The notes: generated by a model not told the origin, from the letters alone. Shown: positions 37,064-48,005, counted from the first letter of the stretch. The stretch is 64,000 nucleotides of DNA from Bacteroidota bacterium (GCA_035505655.1 DATJQP010000034.1:42568-106567), one strand, 5' to 3'. Made by a program: numbers and translations.

Positions 37064-38341
37064 ATGAAGACCTTCATCCTCGTCCTGCTCTTCGTTTTTC
37101 CGGCCAGCCTATTCGCAGGGACCGGCACCGTCCTTTTTCTCACTGTCGACGGCTCAATCAACCCAGCCACCTCGGACTATATTCACGAGGGGATCAAGCA
37201 CGCGGAAGAGATGAACGCATCCTGCATCGTGGTTGAGCTCAATACGCCGGGAGGGCTCCTGAAATCGACCAGGATGATTGTCACCGACTTCCTCACCTCT
37301 CAGATTCCGGTAGTCGTCTACGTCTCTCCGGCCGGCGGGCAGGCCGCTTCCGCGGGTGTCTTCGTCACGCTCGCGGCGAATATCGCCGCGATGGCCCCGG
37401 GAACGAACATCGGGGCCGCACATCCGGTCAATGTCCAGGGAGGCATGGATTCGACGATGGCCGAAAAGGTGACCAATGACGCGGCCGCGTTTATCCGGAC
37501 GATCTCGGAGAAAAGGCACAAGAACATCGGCTGGGCAGAAGAGGCGGTCCGAAAGAGCCTTTCAATCACCGAAACCGAAGCACTGAAGAACAATGTTATC
37601 GACTTTATCGCGCGGGGAAGGCGGGAGCTGCTCGATTCCCTCGACGGGAGAAAAGTGTCGATCGGAGACAGGACGGTCATGCTCGCTACGAGGGGAGCCG
37701 CGATCGAATCGCGGGAGATGGGATGGCACTACAAGATCCTTGACATCCTCAGCGATCCGAACATCGCGTATCTTTTTATGATGATCGGGATGTACGGCCT
37801 CCTCTTCGAGCTCTATAATCCCGGTTCGATTTTCCCTGGCGTCGCGGGAGCCATTTCGCTCCTCGTGGCGCTTTTCGCGTTCCATACGATTCCCATCAAC
37901 TACTCAGGGGTGGCTCTCATTGTCCTGGGGATCATCCTCTTTCTCCTCGAAATCAAAATCAGCAGTTACGGTCTCCTCACCGTTGGGGGGATCATAGCGC
38001 TTTTCCTTGGGTCCATTATGCTCATCAATACCGATGCGTGGTTCGGTTTCCAGACCGTCTCCCTTGAAGTGATCGTGCCGACCGTCCTCCTTACCGCGGC
38101 GTTCTTTGTCTTTGCCGTGGGGGCGGGGCTCAGAGCCCAGCTCCGACGCCCCATGACGGGGGCGGAAGGTCTTGTCGGAAAATCGGGGCTCGCCATCACG
38201 AAATTGGCCCCAGCGGGCCAGGTGAAGGTCCAGGGAGAAATATGGAATGCGGAAAGCCTTGACGGCACGCTCGCCAAGGATTCACCCGTCGAGGTCGCTG
38301 AAGTGAAAGACTTGCTCCTCAAGGTTAAGAAATCCGTTTAG
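37064..38341 (+). CDS. NfeD-family membrane-bound ClpP-class serine protease
   Basis: I trimmed the start to the ATG at 37064 (signal peptide [18 protein letters not shown]). It has a ClpP-like domain (NTPGGLL...SAG), a multi-TM middle region and a C-terminal OB-like NfeD domain ([12 protein letters not shown]). An SPFH gene follows. Confidence 0.8.
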   Translation: MKTFILVLLFVFPASLFAGTGTVLFLTVDGSINPATSDYIHEGIKHAEEMNASCIVVELNTPGGLLKSTRMIVTDFLTSQIPVVVYVSPAGGQAASAGVFVTLAANIAAMAPGTNIGAAHPVNVQGGMDSTMAEKVTNDAAAFIRTISEKRHKNIGWAEEAVRKSLSITETEALKNNVIDFIARGRRELLDSLDGRKVSIGDRTVMLATRGAAIESREMGWHYKILDILSDPNIAYLFMMIGMYGLLFELYNPGSIFPGVAGAISLLVALFAFHTIPINYSGVALIVLGIILFLLEIKISSYGLLTVGGIIALFLGSIMLINTDAWFGFQTVSLEVIVPTVLLTAAFFVFAVGAGLRAQLRRPMTGAEGLVGKSGLAITKLAPAGQVKVQGEIWNAESLDGTLAKDSPVEVAEVKDLLLKVKKSV

Positions 38342-38403
38342 GGCCGGCCTTCAGACAGCGGCCGGCGGCTCAGAACAATACTTTCCAGCAAAAGGAGTCT
38401 TCT

Positions 38404-39165
38404 ATGGGTCCTGCAGGACTTTTTCTCGTCATCCTTATCATATTTGCAGTCATCATCATTTCCAACGCGATCCGGATCCTCACCGAGTATGAGCGGGGGG
38501 TCATTTTCCGCCTCGGCAGGATGGTCGGGGTCAAGGGCCCTGGTCTCATTTTTCTCATTCCGATCGTCGACCGGATGGTCCGCGTCAGCCTCCGTACCGT
38601 CGTGCTCGATGTGCCTCCACAGGACATCATCACGAAGGACAACGTTTCGATCAAGGTGAACGCCGTCGTTTACTTTCGCGTCGTCCAGCCCGACAAGGCG
38701 ATTGTGAGCGTGGAAAACTATATCTATGCCACATCACAACTTGCCCAGACGACTCTGCGGAGCATCCTGGGTCAGTCTGAACTCGACGAACTCCTCGCCC
38801 AAAGGGACAAGATCAACCACGAATTGCAGGTCATCATCGATCAACACACGGAGCCGTGGGGCATCAAGATTTCGACGGTGGAAGTAAAACAGATCGACCT
38901 CCCTCCCGAAATGCAGCGTGCCATGGCGAAGCAGGCCGAGGCGGAGCGGGAGCGGCGGGCTAAAGTCGTTCATGCGGAAGGAGAGTTACAGGCAAGCCAG
39001 AAGCTCGGAGAAGCGGCGGCGATCATCCAGAAGAATCCGGTGGCCCTCCAATTGCGTTATCTCCAGACGTTGACAGAGGTCGCTTCCGAGAACAACTCCA
39101 CGACGATATTCCCCTTCCCGATGGAGTTGCTAACTCCGTTCATCGAGGCGTACAAGAAGAAATAG
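38404..39165 (+). CDS. SPFH/band-7 (stomatin-like) protein
   Basis: 253 aa with an N-terminal TM helix, [12 protein letters not shown] and the SPFH core, plus a coiled-coil [11 protein letters not shown]. The pairing with nfeD is canonical. Confidence 0.9.
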   Translation: MGPAGLFLVILIIFAVIIISNAIRILTEYERGVIFRLGRMVGVKGPGLIFLIPIVDRMVRVSLRTVVLDVPPQDIITKDNVSIKVNAVVYFRVVQPDKAIVSVENYIYATSQLAQTTLRSILGQSELDELLAQRDKINHELQVIIDQHTEPWGIKISTVEVKQIDLPPEMQRAMAKQAEAERERRAKVVHAEGELQASQKLGEAAAIIQKNPVALQLRYLQTLTEVASENNSTTIFPFPMELLTPFIEAYKKK

Positions 39166-39226
39166 CCGGAGGAGGGAATTCTCCGGAAAGAGGCTGAAGG
39201 AAGCAGGACGAGGAGTACAGAGAAAA

Positions 39227-39259
39227 GGGGAACGGGTTTTCGCCCGTTCCCCTTTTTTT
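39227..39259. terminator. Bidirectional rho-independent terminator between the SPFH gene and the convergent bacilliredoxin gene
   Basis: Stem ggggaacggg (39227-39236) / cccgttcccc (39243-39252), with a T-run at 39253-39259. The upstream A-run gives a T-run on the minus strand. Confidence 0.8.
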
Positions 39260-39272
39260 ATTGTCCGATCGT

Positions 39273-39707
39273 TTACGCGCTGATCTTTTCGGTGCGGCAG
39301 TGTTCGTCGAATGCGCTCGTCAGGTCGGCGGCAATCGAGTCCGCATCGCGGTTCTCGATCCGGAAGCGGGGGATGAAATGGACGAGCTCGCCGTCCTTGA
39401 AGAGCGCCACCGAGGGGGATGACGGAGGAATTTGGCCGAACCACTCGCGCGCTCTGGCCGTCGCCTCCATATCCTGCCCCGCGAAAACGCTTGTGAGAAC
39501 CTCAGGCCTGGCGGGGTGCTGGAGAGCCTTCGTGATGGCGGGACGCGCTCTGCCGGCAGCGCATCCGCAGACGGAATTGACGACAACGAGAACCGTTCCC
39601 TCCTTCTTGTTGAGCACCTCATCGACCTCCGCAGCGGTGCGCAGTTCGCGGATTCCGATTCGCGTCAACTCATCCCTGAACGGCTGGATCAATACTGGGT
39701 CGTACAT
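39273..39707 (-). CDS. Bacilliredoxin (BrxA/BrxB, YphP/YqiW, DUF1094 family)
   Basis: MYDPVLIQPFRDELTRIGIRELRT...LVVVNSVCGCAAGRARP carries the CGC redox motif. I trimmed the start to the ATG at 39707 (GGAG 6 nt upstream); the track start at 39896 would overlap acnA. Confidence 0.75.
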   Translation of the reverse strand: MYDPVLIQPFRDELTRIGIRELRTAAEVDEVLNKKEGTVLVVVNSVCGCAAGRARPAITKALQHPARPEVLTSVFAGQDMEATARAREWFGQIPPSSPSVALFKDGELVHFIPRFRIENRDADSIAADLTSAFDEHCRTEKISA

Positions 39708-39850
39708 ATGGACTCCGAAGTTTTTGGAATGTTCAGCTCTTTGCCGGGGATGCTCATCGCGCTTTGTCTCCACCGCCGTCACGCCTGGCGGAGTTCCCGG
39801 TGCATTCGTTATAACACCGTCGTACGGCGATAGGTTTCCGGCCTTCCCAA

Positions 39851-42106
39851 CTACCGGTGTTTCATGGCGTTGAGCGCGCTCCCCGCCTTGAACCACTCGA
39901 TCTGCCCCTCGTTGAACGTGTGGTTGAGTTCGATCAAGTGGACGGCTCCGTCACGATGCCTGATCTCGAGTCTTAAGGGAACACCGGGCGCAAAGCTTGT
40001 GAGACCGCGAAGCGCAAAAACATCATCCTCACGGATGAGGTCATAGTCCGCGGAATTTCTGAAGGTCAGTGCAAGCATCCCCTGCTTTTTGAGATTCGTC
40101 TCGTGGATCCTGGCAAAGCTCTTGACGATGATCGCCCTTCCGCCGAGGAAACGCGGTTCCATGGCAGCATGCTCGCGCGATGATCCTTCGCCGTAGTTTT
40201 CATCTCCCACTGCAAGCCACCCTATGCCCGCCTTTTTGTACTCCCGGGCGACGGCGGAAAACTCTTTCACCTCTCCGCTGATACCGCTTCTCCCCTTCCC
40301 CGCCTCACCGCTGAACGCATTGACCGCTCCGATGAACATATTGTTGGAAATATTATCAAGGTGACCGCGGTACTTGAGCCATTTACCGGCCGGAGAGATG
40401 TGATCCGTCGTGCACTTTCCCTTCACCTTCACGAGAAGGCGAAGGTTCTCAAGGTCCGTCTTTTCCCAGGGCTTGAACGGCTCCAGGACTTGAAGTCTGT
40501 CACTCTTTGGATCAACCTTGACCTGCAAACTTGATCCGTCGGCTGCAGGCTTAACGTAGCCGCCATCTCCCGGCGTGAAACCGCGTTTCGGCAACTCGTC
40601 GCCGCGGGGAGGGTCGAGCTTGACGTTCTCTCCTCTGGAGTTCGCGATCGTGTCGGTGAGAGGATTGAACGTGAGGCGTCCCGCGATGGCGAACGCCGTC
40701 ACGACCTCCGGGCTCGCGACAAAGGCATGCGTGTCCGGGTTCCCGTCGTTGCGCCCGGTGAAATTCCTGTTATAAGATGTGATGATCGAATTCTTCTCCC
40801 CCTGTTTCACGTCATGGCGCTTCCACTGGCCGATGCAGGGCCCGCAGGCGTTGGCAAGGACCATCCCTCCCATCGCGGTAAGAGCGTCGAGCTGTCCGTC
40901 CCGCTCGATCGTTGCGCGGATCTGTTCGCTCCCCGGCGTAATCGTGAATTCCGATTTTGCCTTCAGGCCTTTTTCGGACGCTTGTCGCGCGACGGAAGCG
41001 GCCCGCTCGATATCTTCGTAGGATGAATTCGTGCAGCTTCCGATGAGAGCGACCTTCAGCTCCTCGGGATAGTTGTTCTTCCGGACCGCCTCCGCGAATT
41101 TCGATATCGGCCAGGCCAGGTCGGGAGTAAAAGGACCGTTGACGTGCGGTTCAAGCGCGCTGAGGTCTATCTCGATGACACGGTCGTAGAATTCTGCCGG
41201 GCGGGCAAGCACCTCATTGTCCGGGACGAGATCTTCAGCGACTTTTTCCGCGGCGACGGCGATTTCCGTCCTGCCGGTCGCGCGAAGGTAGTCTGCCATC
41301 CGGGAATCGAAGGGAAAGAGGGAGGTCGTGGCACCGATCTCCGCTCCCATGTTGCAAATCGTACCCTTCCCGGTACAGGAGATTGATCTTGTTCCTTCGC
41401 CGAAGTACTCGACGATCGCGCCGGTTCCCCCCTTCACCGTGAGAATGCCCGCGACCTTAAGAATGACATCCTTCGCCGAGGTCCATCCATTGAGCGTCCC
41501 CGAGAGTTTCACGCCGATGATGTTGGGAAACTTCAGCTCCCACGGCATCCCCGCCATGACGTCCACCGCATCGGCTCCCCCAACCCCGATGGCGATCATC
41601 CCCAGGCCCCCCGCATTCGGAGTATGAGAGTCGGTTCCAATCATCATTCCGCCGGGAAAAGCATAATTCTCAAGGACGACCTGATGGATGATCCCCGCTC
41701 CCGGCTTCCAGAAACCGATGCCGTACTTGTTCGAGACGCTCGCCAGAAACTCGTACACCTCCTTGTTGTCCTCGCTTGCCCGGAGCAAATCGCCCTTGGC
41801 GCCAATCTGCGCCTGGATCAGATGATCGCAGTGGACCGTGGAGGGTACTGCCACCTTCTTCCTTCCGGCCGACATAAACTGAAGGAGAGCCATTTGTGCG
41901 GTCGCGTCCTGCATCGCCACTCTGTCCGGCGCGAAGTCGACATACGACTTGCTCCGTTGGGCCGACGCCGACGGTGCAACGAAGTAGTGGGCGTAGAGAA
42001 TCTTCTCGGTCAGGGTAAGGGGACGTCCAACCAATTTCCTGGCCCGGCGAATCTTCTCCGGCAGAGCGGCATAGACATTCCTGATCAACTCAAGGTCGAA
42101 TACCAT
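39851..42106 (-). CDS. acnA: Aconitate hydratase (approx. 750-aa monomeric aconitase)
   Basis: 751 aa with [25 protein letters not shown] and [10 protein letters not shown], the three Fe-S ligand Cys regions. Confidence 0.9.
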   Translation of the reverse strand: MVFDLELIRNVYAALPEKIRRARKLVGRPLTLTEKILYAHYFVAPSASAQRSKSYVDFAPDRVAMQDATAQMALLQFMSAGRKKVAVPSTVHCDHLIQAQIGAKGDLLRASEDNKEVYEFLASVSNKYGIGFWKPGAGIIHQVVLENYAFPGGMMIGTDSHTPNAGGLGMIAIGVGGADAVDVMAGMPWELKFPNIIGVKLSGTLNGWTSAKDVILKVAGILTVKGGTGAIVEYFGEGTRSISCTGKGTICNMGAEIGATTSLFPFDSRMADYLRATGRTEIAVAAEKVAEDLVPDNEVLARPAEFYDRVIEIDLSALEPHVNGPFTPDLAWPISKFAEAVRKNNYPEELKVALIGSCTNSSYEDIERAASVARQASEKGLKAKSEFTITPGSEQIRATIERDGQLDALTAMGGMVLANACGPCIGQWKRHDVKQGEKNSIITSYNRNFTGRNDGNPDTHAFVASPEVVTAFAIAGRLTFNPLTDTIANSRGENVKLDPPRGDELPKRGFTPGDGGYVKPAADGSSLQVKVDPKSDRLQVLEPFKPWEKTDLENLRLLVKVKGKCTTDHISPAGKWLKYRGHLDNISNNMFIGAVNAFSGEAGKGRSGISGEVKEFSAVAREYKKAGIGWLAVGDENYGEGSSREHAAMEPRFLGGRAIIVKSFARIHETNLKKQGMLALTFRNSADYDLIREDDVFALRGLTSFAPGVPLRLEIRHRDGAVHLIELNHTFNEGQIEWFKAGSALNAMKHR

Positions 42107-42247
42107 GGCAACGTTTCCTTCACGCTTCGGGTGGATGGCAAAATTCCTTCATAAATATATGAATCCCCGCATCCTTTCGCAACAGAGTGCCTTGCACGGC
42201 AGCGGTTTTTTCGTTACTTTTCATCGATTCCTGATTGCGAGACGAGC

Positions 42248-42538
42248 ATGAGTGAATTGTCGCACCCGGACTCCGACGTCCTTGAAGATGTGACCGAGGA
42301 GACGAAGATCAAAGAGCCGGTCCGCGCGATCCTTTTCAACGACGAGGTGCACACCTTCGAAGAAGTCATTGCGCAACTCATCAAGGCGCTTCGATGCGAC
42401 AGGAAGAAAGCCGAGACCCTCACGTGGGAGGTCCACAACACCGGCAGGTCGTGCGTCTACACGGGGGAGCTCAGCCGCTGTCTGGAAATAACACGAGTCC
42501 TGGAAGAGATCGAGCTGATGACCCAAATTGAAATGTGA
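42248..42538 (+). CDS. clpS: ATP-dependent Clp protease adaptor ClpS
   Basis: 96 aa with VRAILFNDEVHTFEEVIAQLIKAL...KAETLTWEVHNTGRSCVYTG, the ClpS core pattern. Confidence 0.8.
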   Translation: MSELSHPDSDVLEDVTEETKIKEPVRAILFNDEVHTFEEVIAQLIKALRCDRKKAETLTWEVHNTGRSCVYTGELSRCLEITRVLEEIELMTQIEM

Positions 42539-42552
42539 ACTCCGAGAACCTT

Positions 42553-43746
42553 ATGAACCGAACAATCCTCCGCCTTCTCTTTGTCTTCGCCTTCGGCGCG
42601 ACGTCCGCATGCGCCGGCGAGCTCATCGATTTTCGTGATACAACGACGTCGTGGTCCGATGTCCGCGCTCTTGCATCGAACGAGCACAAGCTCATCCTCA
42701 TCGATGCCTACACCGACTGGTGCAGTTGGTGCAAGGTGATGGACAGGGAGACCTTCACCGATACCGCCGTCGCGAAATTCATCAACGATCGGTTCGTGCC
42801 GGTTCGATATGAGATGGAGACAGGGTTCGGCGCGATCATGGCGGCAAAATACAGGGTGAACGGATTTCCCACCTTCCTTATTTTCACTCCGGACGGGAAG
42901 CTCGTTTACCGGATTCTTGGGTACCTGAAACCCAAGGAGTACCTCGACGAACTGTCGAATGCGCTCAACCCTGGAAAACAGGAACATCTGACGGGGATCT
43001 CTCCGGATCTCGAGCCAGGCTTCCCGCGGTTTTACCTCCAGTCCTTTCTCAAAAAGGGGGTCCGGAAACGACCCGACACTTCAGTGGTCCTGGCATTTCT
43101 GGGCGAGCGGGCTGACCTGAGCAGTGAAATTGCCTGGTCCGTTATGTTTCGATTTTCCTACCTGCTCACGCAGCCGTACAAGGATTACTTTTTCAAGAAT
43201 TACGACCGGCTGAAAAGCCTCTATGGCGCGAACGATGTCGGAAGCGTCGCCTCCACCTTCCTCGCCGCCGACCTCAACGCGGCAATTAAGGCCAACGACC
43301 CGGGCAAGCTCGAGGAGGTCATTGCCTCCTCGGCCCGCTATCTCAATGAACCCGAAGGAGACCTGCGTCTCGCCTACACGCTCAGGTTCGATCAGGAGAC
43401 GGAGCGCTGGAAGGCTTATGCAGGTCTCATCGACAGCACAAGGAAGTCCGCGAACCCGCCCGATCCGAACGTCATCAACAATTACAGCTGGGCGATCTAC
43501 GAGCACTGTCCCGACAAAGAGATCGTGTCAAGGGCTGTCGTCTGGATGAGCGAGGCCGTCGTCCAGAGCCCTTCCTACATGCTCCTCGACACTTACGCGG
43601 CGCTCCTCTACAAGAGCGGCGACCTCAAGAAGGCGAAGGAGTACGCGGAGACCGCAATCGAAGCCGGGAAAAAGGAAAAACAGGATTTCCAGGAAACCCA
43701 GGAACTTCTTAAGAATATCAATGCTGCAATCGAAAAGAAGCTGTAG
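42553..43746 (+). CDS. Secreted thioredoxin-fold protein (DUF255/Thioredoxin_7-like) with a helical C-terminal domain
   Basis: Signal peptide MNRTILRLLFVFAFGATSACA, LIDAYTDWCSWCKVMDRETF (CxxC) and a TPR-like C-terminus. I trimmed the start to the ATG at 42553; the track start is a GTG at 42535. Confidence 0.65.
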   Translation: MNRTILRLLFVFAFGATSACAGELIDFRDTTTSWSDVRALASNEHKLILIDAYTDWCSWCKVMDRETFTDTAVAKFINDRFVPVRYEMETGFGAIMAAKYRVNGFPTFLIFTPDGKLVYRILGYLKPKEYLDELSNALNPGKQEHLTGISPDLEPGFPRFYLQSFLKKGVRKRPDTSVVLAFLGERADLSSEIAWSVMFRFSYLLTQPYKDYFFKNYDRLKSLYGANDVGSVASTFLAADLNAAIKANDPGKLEEVIASSARYLNEPEGDLRLAYTLRFDQETERWKAYAGLIDSTRKSANPPDPNVINNYSWAIYEHCPDKEIVSRAVVWMSEAVVQSPSYMLLDTYAALLYKSGDLKKAKEYAETAIEAGKKEKQDFQETQELLKNINAAIEKKL

Positions 43747-43752
43747 GCGTTG

Positions 43753-46572
43753 ATGACCTCACGGGAAATTCGACAATCATTCCTCGATTTTTTTGCCTCT
43801 AAGCAGCATCGCATCATTGCGAGCGCCCCCGTCATTCCCCACGGCGATCCGACACTCCTCTTCACCAACGCCGGGATGAACCAGTTCAAGGAGGTCTTTC
43901 TCGGGACGGGGAAGCGCGACTACACCCGCGTCGCCGACACTCAGAAGTGCATCCGGGTCAGCGGTAAACACAATGATCTTGAGGAGGTTGGACGGGATAC
44001 GTATCACCACACCTTCTTCGAGATGCTCGGTAATTGGTCCTTTGGGGACTACTACAAACCCGAGGCGATTGCCTGGGCATGGGAGCTTCTCACCGACGTG
44101 TGGAAATTGCCCAAGCAGCGTCTCTGGGCAACCGTGTACAGGACTGACGACGAGGCCTTTGAGCTCTGGAAGAGCGTCACGGACATCGACCATTCCCACA
44201 TTCTGCGGTTTGACGAGAAAGATAATTTCTGGGAGATGGGAGAGACCGGTCCGTGCGGCCCCTGTTCGGAAATCCACATCGACCTGACCCCATCGGCAAA
44301 TGCCTCCGCCTCGCTCGTGAATGCCGGCAATCCGCAGCTGATCGAAATCTGGAACCTTGTGTTCATCCAGCATAACCGTACCGCCACTGGCCGGCTCGAG
44401 AATTTGCCGACGAAGCATGTCGACACGGGGATGGGATTTGAGCGGGTGTGCTCCGTGATGAACGCGATGGACTCGGGCTTCAGGCGGCCGGCGTCGAACT
44501 ATGACTCGGACGTTTTCACCCCGATCATTTCGAGGATTTCCGAAATCTCCGGGCGGAAGTACGGTGCAGGGGGCGAAGCCGATATCGCGATGCGGGTGAT
44601 CGCGGACCACATCCGGGCGCTGACGTTTGCGATCGCCGACGGAGCGCTTCCGGCGAACGAGGGGCGGGGATATGTGTTGCGGAGAATTCTCCGAAGAGGG
44701 GCGAGGTTCGGCAGAAACCTCGGCCTCCACGAACCATTCCTCTACAAACTTGTCGCGACGCTCGTCTCGACAATGTCGCATGTCTTCCCAGAAATCAAGG
44801 AGCACCAGCAGCATATCGAACGTGTGGTGAAGGGAGAAGAAGAAAGCTTCAACCAGACGCTCGACCGGGGACTTGAGATTTTCGAGGAGGCGGCGAAGCG
44901 GGCGCAGGGATTGCATTCAACGACAATCAGCGGCGAGGATGCGTTCAGACTCTACGATACATTCGGGTTCCCTCCCGACCTCACTCTCCTTCTGGCCCGC
45001 GAACGCGGGATGAGCGTTGATGAGAAAGTATTCGGGAGCCTCATGGACCGTCAGCGAGAGCGGTCGAGAGAATCCCGAGAGGCTGAGGCCGAGACGCATA
45101 TCTCTGGCTCGAAAGACCGAATACGGGATCTCATTAAAGAGGGGACCGAGGAGAAGTTTCGGTTCGACGGCTACGACCTTTATGAGGAGGAGGTGGAGGT
45201 TCAATCGGCCGTCGAGAACATCGTCTTTGCCCTCAACACGCCGTTCTATGCCGAGTCGGGAGGTCAGGTGGGTGACACCGGCCGGCTCACGATTCCCGGG
45301 CATCAGTTGAAGGTCATCGACACTCAAAAATCGGGAAAAGTCAACGTCCACATCCTTGCCTCTCCCTTCGAGTGGCCGCGCGACATCGGCAAGGCCTTCG
45401 CATCGATCGATGTTCCCCGCCGTCTCGCTATCATGCGAAATCACACCGCGACTCATCTCCTCCATGCAGCACTGCGGCAGGTGCTCGGGGCCCATGTCCA
45501 CCAGGCCGGATCCCTCGTCGCCCCCGATCATCTCCGTTTCGACTTCGCTCATTTTGCCAGGGTGTCGGAGGCCGAGCTCTCGGAGATAGAAAATATCGTG
45601 AACGAGAGGATACGTGAGAACATCCGGCTCCTGCATCACCGGGACATCCCCTTCGCCGAGGCACAGAAAATGGGAGCCCTGATGTTCTTCGGAGATAAGT
45701 ACGGCGACAAGGTCAATGTCGTGCAGTTCGGGGAATTCAGCAAGGAGTTTTGCGGCGGGACACACGTGAAGTCGACCGGCGAAATAGGGTTTTTCAAGAT
45801 TCGTTCCGAATCGAGCAGCGCCAGCGGAGTCCGGAGAATCGATGCGGTAACCGACGACTTCGCGGCGGAATATCTCAGGATTCAGGGGAAGACGTACGAC
45901 GAACGGGTCGAGTATGCCCACAGTCTGGCCGCCGAAATCTTGAAGCTTTGGGAGAGCCTTCCGGCCGATCAAAACGAAAACCTCCCCATGACGCGGGACG
46001 CGGTTTCGAGACTCGACCGTGGGCTCTCCAGGTTTGAGGATGCGACCGAAAAAGGAGAGGTCGCCGGAACAGGACGGCTCGGTCCGCTGTTCGAAGGTCT
46101 TCAGAGGAAATTCCATGAACTCGAGGACCGGATCCTTCGGCTTTCGGAAATGAAGAAGGCTCTGGAAAAAGCCGCCGCAAAACATCATCTGGATTCGGCT
46201 CTTTCGGATATCGACGAACTTGTGCGGAAGGGCATCCCGGTAGACGGATTCAAAATTGTCGCATCTTCGGTTCAGGCCGGCGACATGGAGGCGCTGAAGT
46301 CGATCGGTGACACCCTCAGGGCCAGGATTGGAAGCGGTGTAGGACTCCTCGCCGCCGTCATCGAACAGAAGATCGCGCTCGTCTGCGTCGTCAGCGACGA
46401 TCTCATCAAGTCAAAGAATATTCAGGCGGGGAAAATCGTCGCTGCGGTCGCGAAAGTCGTAGGCGGCGGAGGGGGCGGCAAGCCACACCTTGCGACGGCC
46501 GGAGGGAAGGATGTCTCCCGGCTCGATGAGGCGCTGAAGAGCTTGGAGGGAGTCGTGAGGGGAATGCTTTAA
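43753..46572 (+). CDS. alaS: Alanine--tRNA ligase
   Basis: MTSREIRQSFLDFFASKQHRII...LLFTNAGMNQFK, an editing domain with HTATHLLH and CGGTHV, and a C-terminal DHHA1-like domain GGGGGKPHLA. I trimmed the start to the ATG at 43753. Confidence 0.95.
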   Translation: MTSREIRQSFLDFFASKQHRIIASAPVIPHGDPTLLFTNAGMNQFKEVFLGTGKRDYTRVADTQKCIRVSGKHNDLEEVGRDTYHHTFFEMLGNWSFGDYYKPEAIAWAWELLTDVWKLPKQRLWATVYRTDDEAFELWKSVTDIDHSHILRFDEKDNFWEMGETGPCGPCSEIHIDLTPSANASASLVNAGNPQLIEIWNLVFIQHNRTATGRLENLPTKHVDTGMGFERVCSVMNAMDSGFRRPASNYDSDVFTPIISRISEISGRKYGAGGEADIAMRVIADHIRALTFAIADGALPANEGRGYVLRRILRRGARFGRNLGLHEPFLYKLVATLVSTMSHVFPEIKEHQQHIERVVKGEEESFNQTLDRGLEIFEEAAKRAQGLHSTTISGEDAFRLYDTFGFPPDLTLLLARERGMSVDEKVFGSLMDRQRERSRESREAEAETHISGSKDRIRDLIKEGTEEKFRFDGYDLYEEEVEVQSAVENIVFALNTPFYAESGGQVGDTGRLTIPGHQLKVIDTQKSGKVNVHILASPFEWPRDIGKAFASIDVPRRLAIMRNHTATHLLHAALRQVLGAHVHQAGSLVAPDHLRFDFAHFARVSEAELSEIENIVNERIRENIRLLHHRDIPFAEAQKMGALMFFGDKYGDKVNVVQFGEFSKEFCGGTHVKSTGEIGFFKIRSESSSASGVRRIDAVTDDFAAEYLRIQGKTYDERVEYAHSLAAEILKLWESLPADQNENLPMTRDAVSRLDRGLSRFEDATEKGEVAGTGRLGPLFEGLQRKFHELEDRILRLSEMKKALEKAAAKHHLDSALSDIDELVRKGIPVDGFKIVASSVQAGDMEALKSIGDTLRARIGSGVGLLAAVIEQKIALVCVVSDDLIKSKNIQAGKIVAAVAKVVGGGGGGKPHLATAGGKDVSRLDEALKSLEGVVRGML

Positions 46573-46626
46573 TACGAGGCGGACGTCCCAGGATGCCCGC
46601 TCTCGGAACAACTGAAAGAAGCTACG

Positions 46627-47370
46627 ATGTCCATCTATCAGAACCTTCTCGCCGCCGTCTCCGCCCACGGGGCGGCGTACCTCGTCCTCGTCGACCCCGA
46701 CAAGATTGACGAGGCGGCCTTTCCGGCTTTCGTCGAGCAGTCGACATCAGCAGGCGTCGACGGCTTTCTTGTCGGAGGGAGCCTCGTTCTCGGCGACACA
46801 TTTGAGCAGTCGATCAGGACGATCAAGAAGCACACGAACGTTCCGGTTATCATCTTCCCCGGAAGCGTTCAGCAGGTGTCGCGAGAGGCGGATGCGATCC
46901 TCTTCCTCTCTCTCCTCAGCGGAAGGAACGCCGAACACATCATCGGGAGCCAGGTAACGGCGGCACCGATCATCAGGAAGATGGGGCTCGAAGCGATCCC
47001 GACTGCCTACCTTCTCGTGGAATCCGGGAGGACCACCTCGGCGGAATTCATGAGCAACACGAAACCGCTCCCCCGGAATAAACCCGATATCGCCGTTGCG
47101 CACGCCCTCGCGGCTGAGTACCTCGGGTTCAAGCTCCTCTATCTTGAAGCCGGGAGCGGCGCGGAGCAGTCGGTGCCTGAGGAGATGATCGGCGCGGTAG
47201 CGCGCGCCACGAAGGTGCCCCTCATCGCCGGTGGAGGGATTACGACTCCGGACGACGCGCACCGAAAGGTCGGCGCCGGGGCCTCATTCGTCGTCACAGG
47301 AAACGTCCTCGAAAAGAACGGTTCGAAGAACCTTATGAAGGAATTTGCAGCGGCGATCCATTCGCGGTAG
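46627..47370 (+). CDS. PcrB/GGGPS-family prenyl-glyceryl-phosphate synthase
   Basis: 247-aa TIM-barrel pattern: YLVLVDPDK, FLVGGS, IIFPGS, LYLEAGSGA and IAGGGITTPDDA. Confidence 0.8.
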   Translation: MSIYQNLLAAVSAHGAAYLVLVDPDKIDEAAFPAFVEQSTSAGVDGFLVGGSLVLGDTFEQSIRTIKKHTNVPVIIFPGSVQQVSREADAILFLSLLSGRNAEHIIGSQVTAAPIIRKMGLEAIPTAYLLVESGRTTSAEFMSNTKPLPRNKPDIAVAHALAAEYLGFKLLYLEAGSGAEQSVPEEMIGAVARATKVPLIAGGGITTPDDAHRKVGAGASFVVTGNVLEKNGSKNLMKEFAAAIHSR

Positions 47371-47399
47371 CCGCACGGATCACCATCGGACATCAACGT

Positions 47400-48005
47400 A
47401 TGGCACACCTCCCCCTCACGCTCGTCTATCGCCAGAGTTTCATCCAGGACTCTTTGAAAGCGAGTTCCGCGCTCAAGCTGAAGATTGCCGATCAATGCGC
47501 GAACGATATCTCGAAGGCGATCGACATCATCATCGACGCACTCAATCGCAAGAAGAAGATTCTCCTCTGCGGCAATGGCGGGAGCGCTGCGGACGCCCAG
47601 CACCTTGCGACCGAATTCGTCGTCCGTCTGTCCCCCGACATCAAGCGCCGCGGCCTCCCCGCCATCGCTCTGACGACCGATACCTCAACCCTCACGGCCG
47701 GCTCAAACGATTTTGGCTACGACATGGTTTTTGCCCGATCGGTTGAGGCGCTTGGGAACGAAGGTGACGTCCTTCTCGGAATCAGCACCAGCGGGAATTC
47801 GGCGAGCGTCAACAATGCCTTCACGAAGGCGAAGGAGATGAAGATCGCAACGATCGCCTTCCTCGGGAAGGACGGCGGGACATCGAAAGGGCTCGCGGAC
47901 CTTTCGATCATCGTCCCGTCGAACGACACGCAGAGAATCCAGGAGGGGCATATCACCATCGGCCATATCATTTTTCAGGAAGTTGAGCAGGAGATCTTCG
48001 GGTAG
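47400..48005 (+). CDS. gmhA: D-sedoheptulose-7-phosphate isomerase (SIS domain)
   Basis: 201 aa with [28 protein letters not shown] and QEGHITIGH. Confidence 0.8.
   Translation: MAHLPLTLVYRQSFIQDSLKASSALKLKIADQCANDISKAIDIIIDALNRKKKILLCGNGGSAADAQHLATEFVVRLSPDIKRRGLPAIALTTDTSTLTAGSNDFGYDMVFARSVEALGNEGDVLLGISTSGNSASVNNAFTKAKEMKIATIAFLGKDGGTSKGLADLSIIVPSNDTQRIQEGHITIGHIIFQEVEQEIFG

Noticed and set aside
43777-46188. Two long antisense ORFs (379 and 423 aa) opposite alaS
   Set aside because: alaS is unambiguous across its whole length. The antisense frames have the Arg/Pro/Gly/Glu-biased composition typical of non-coding reverse frames.
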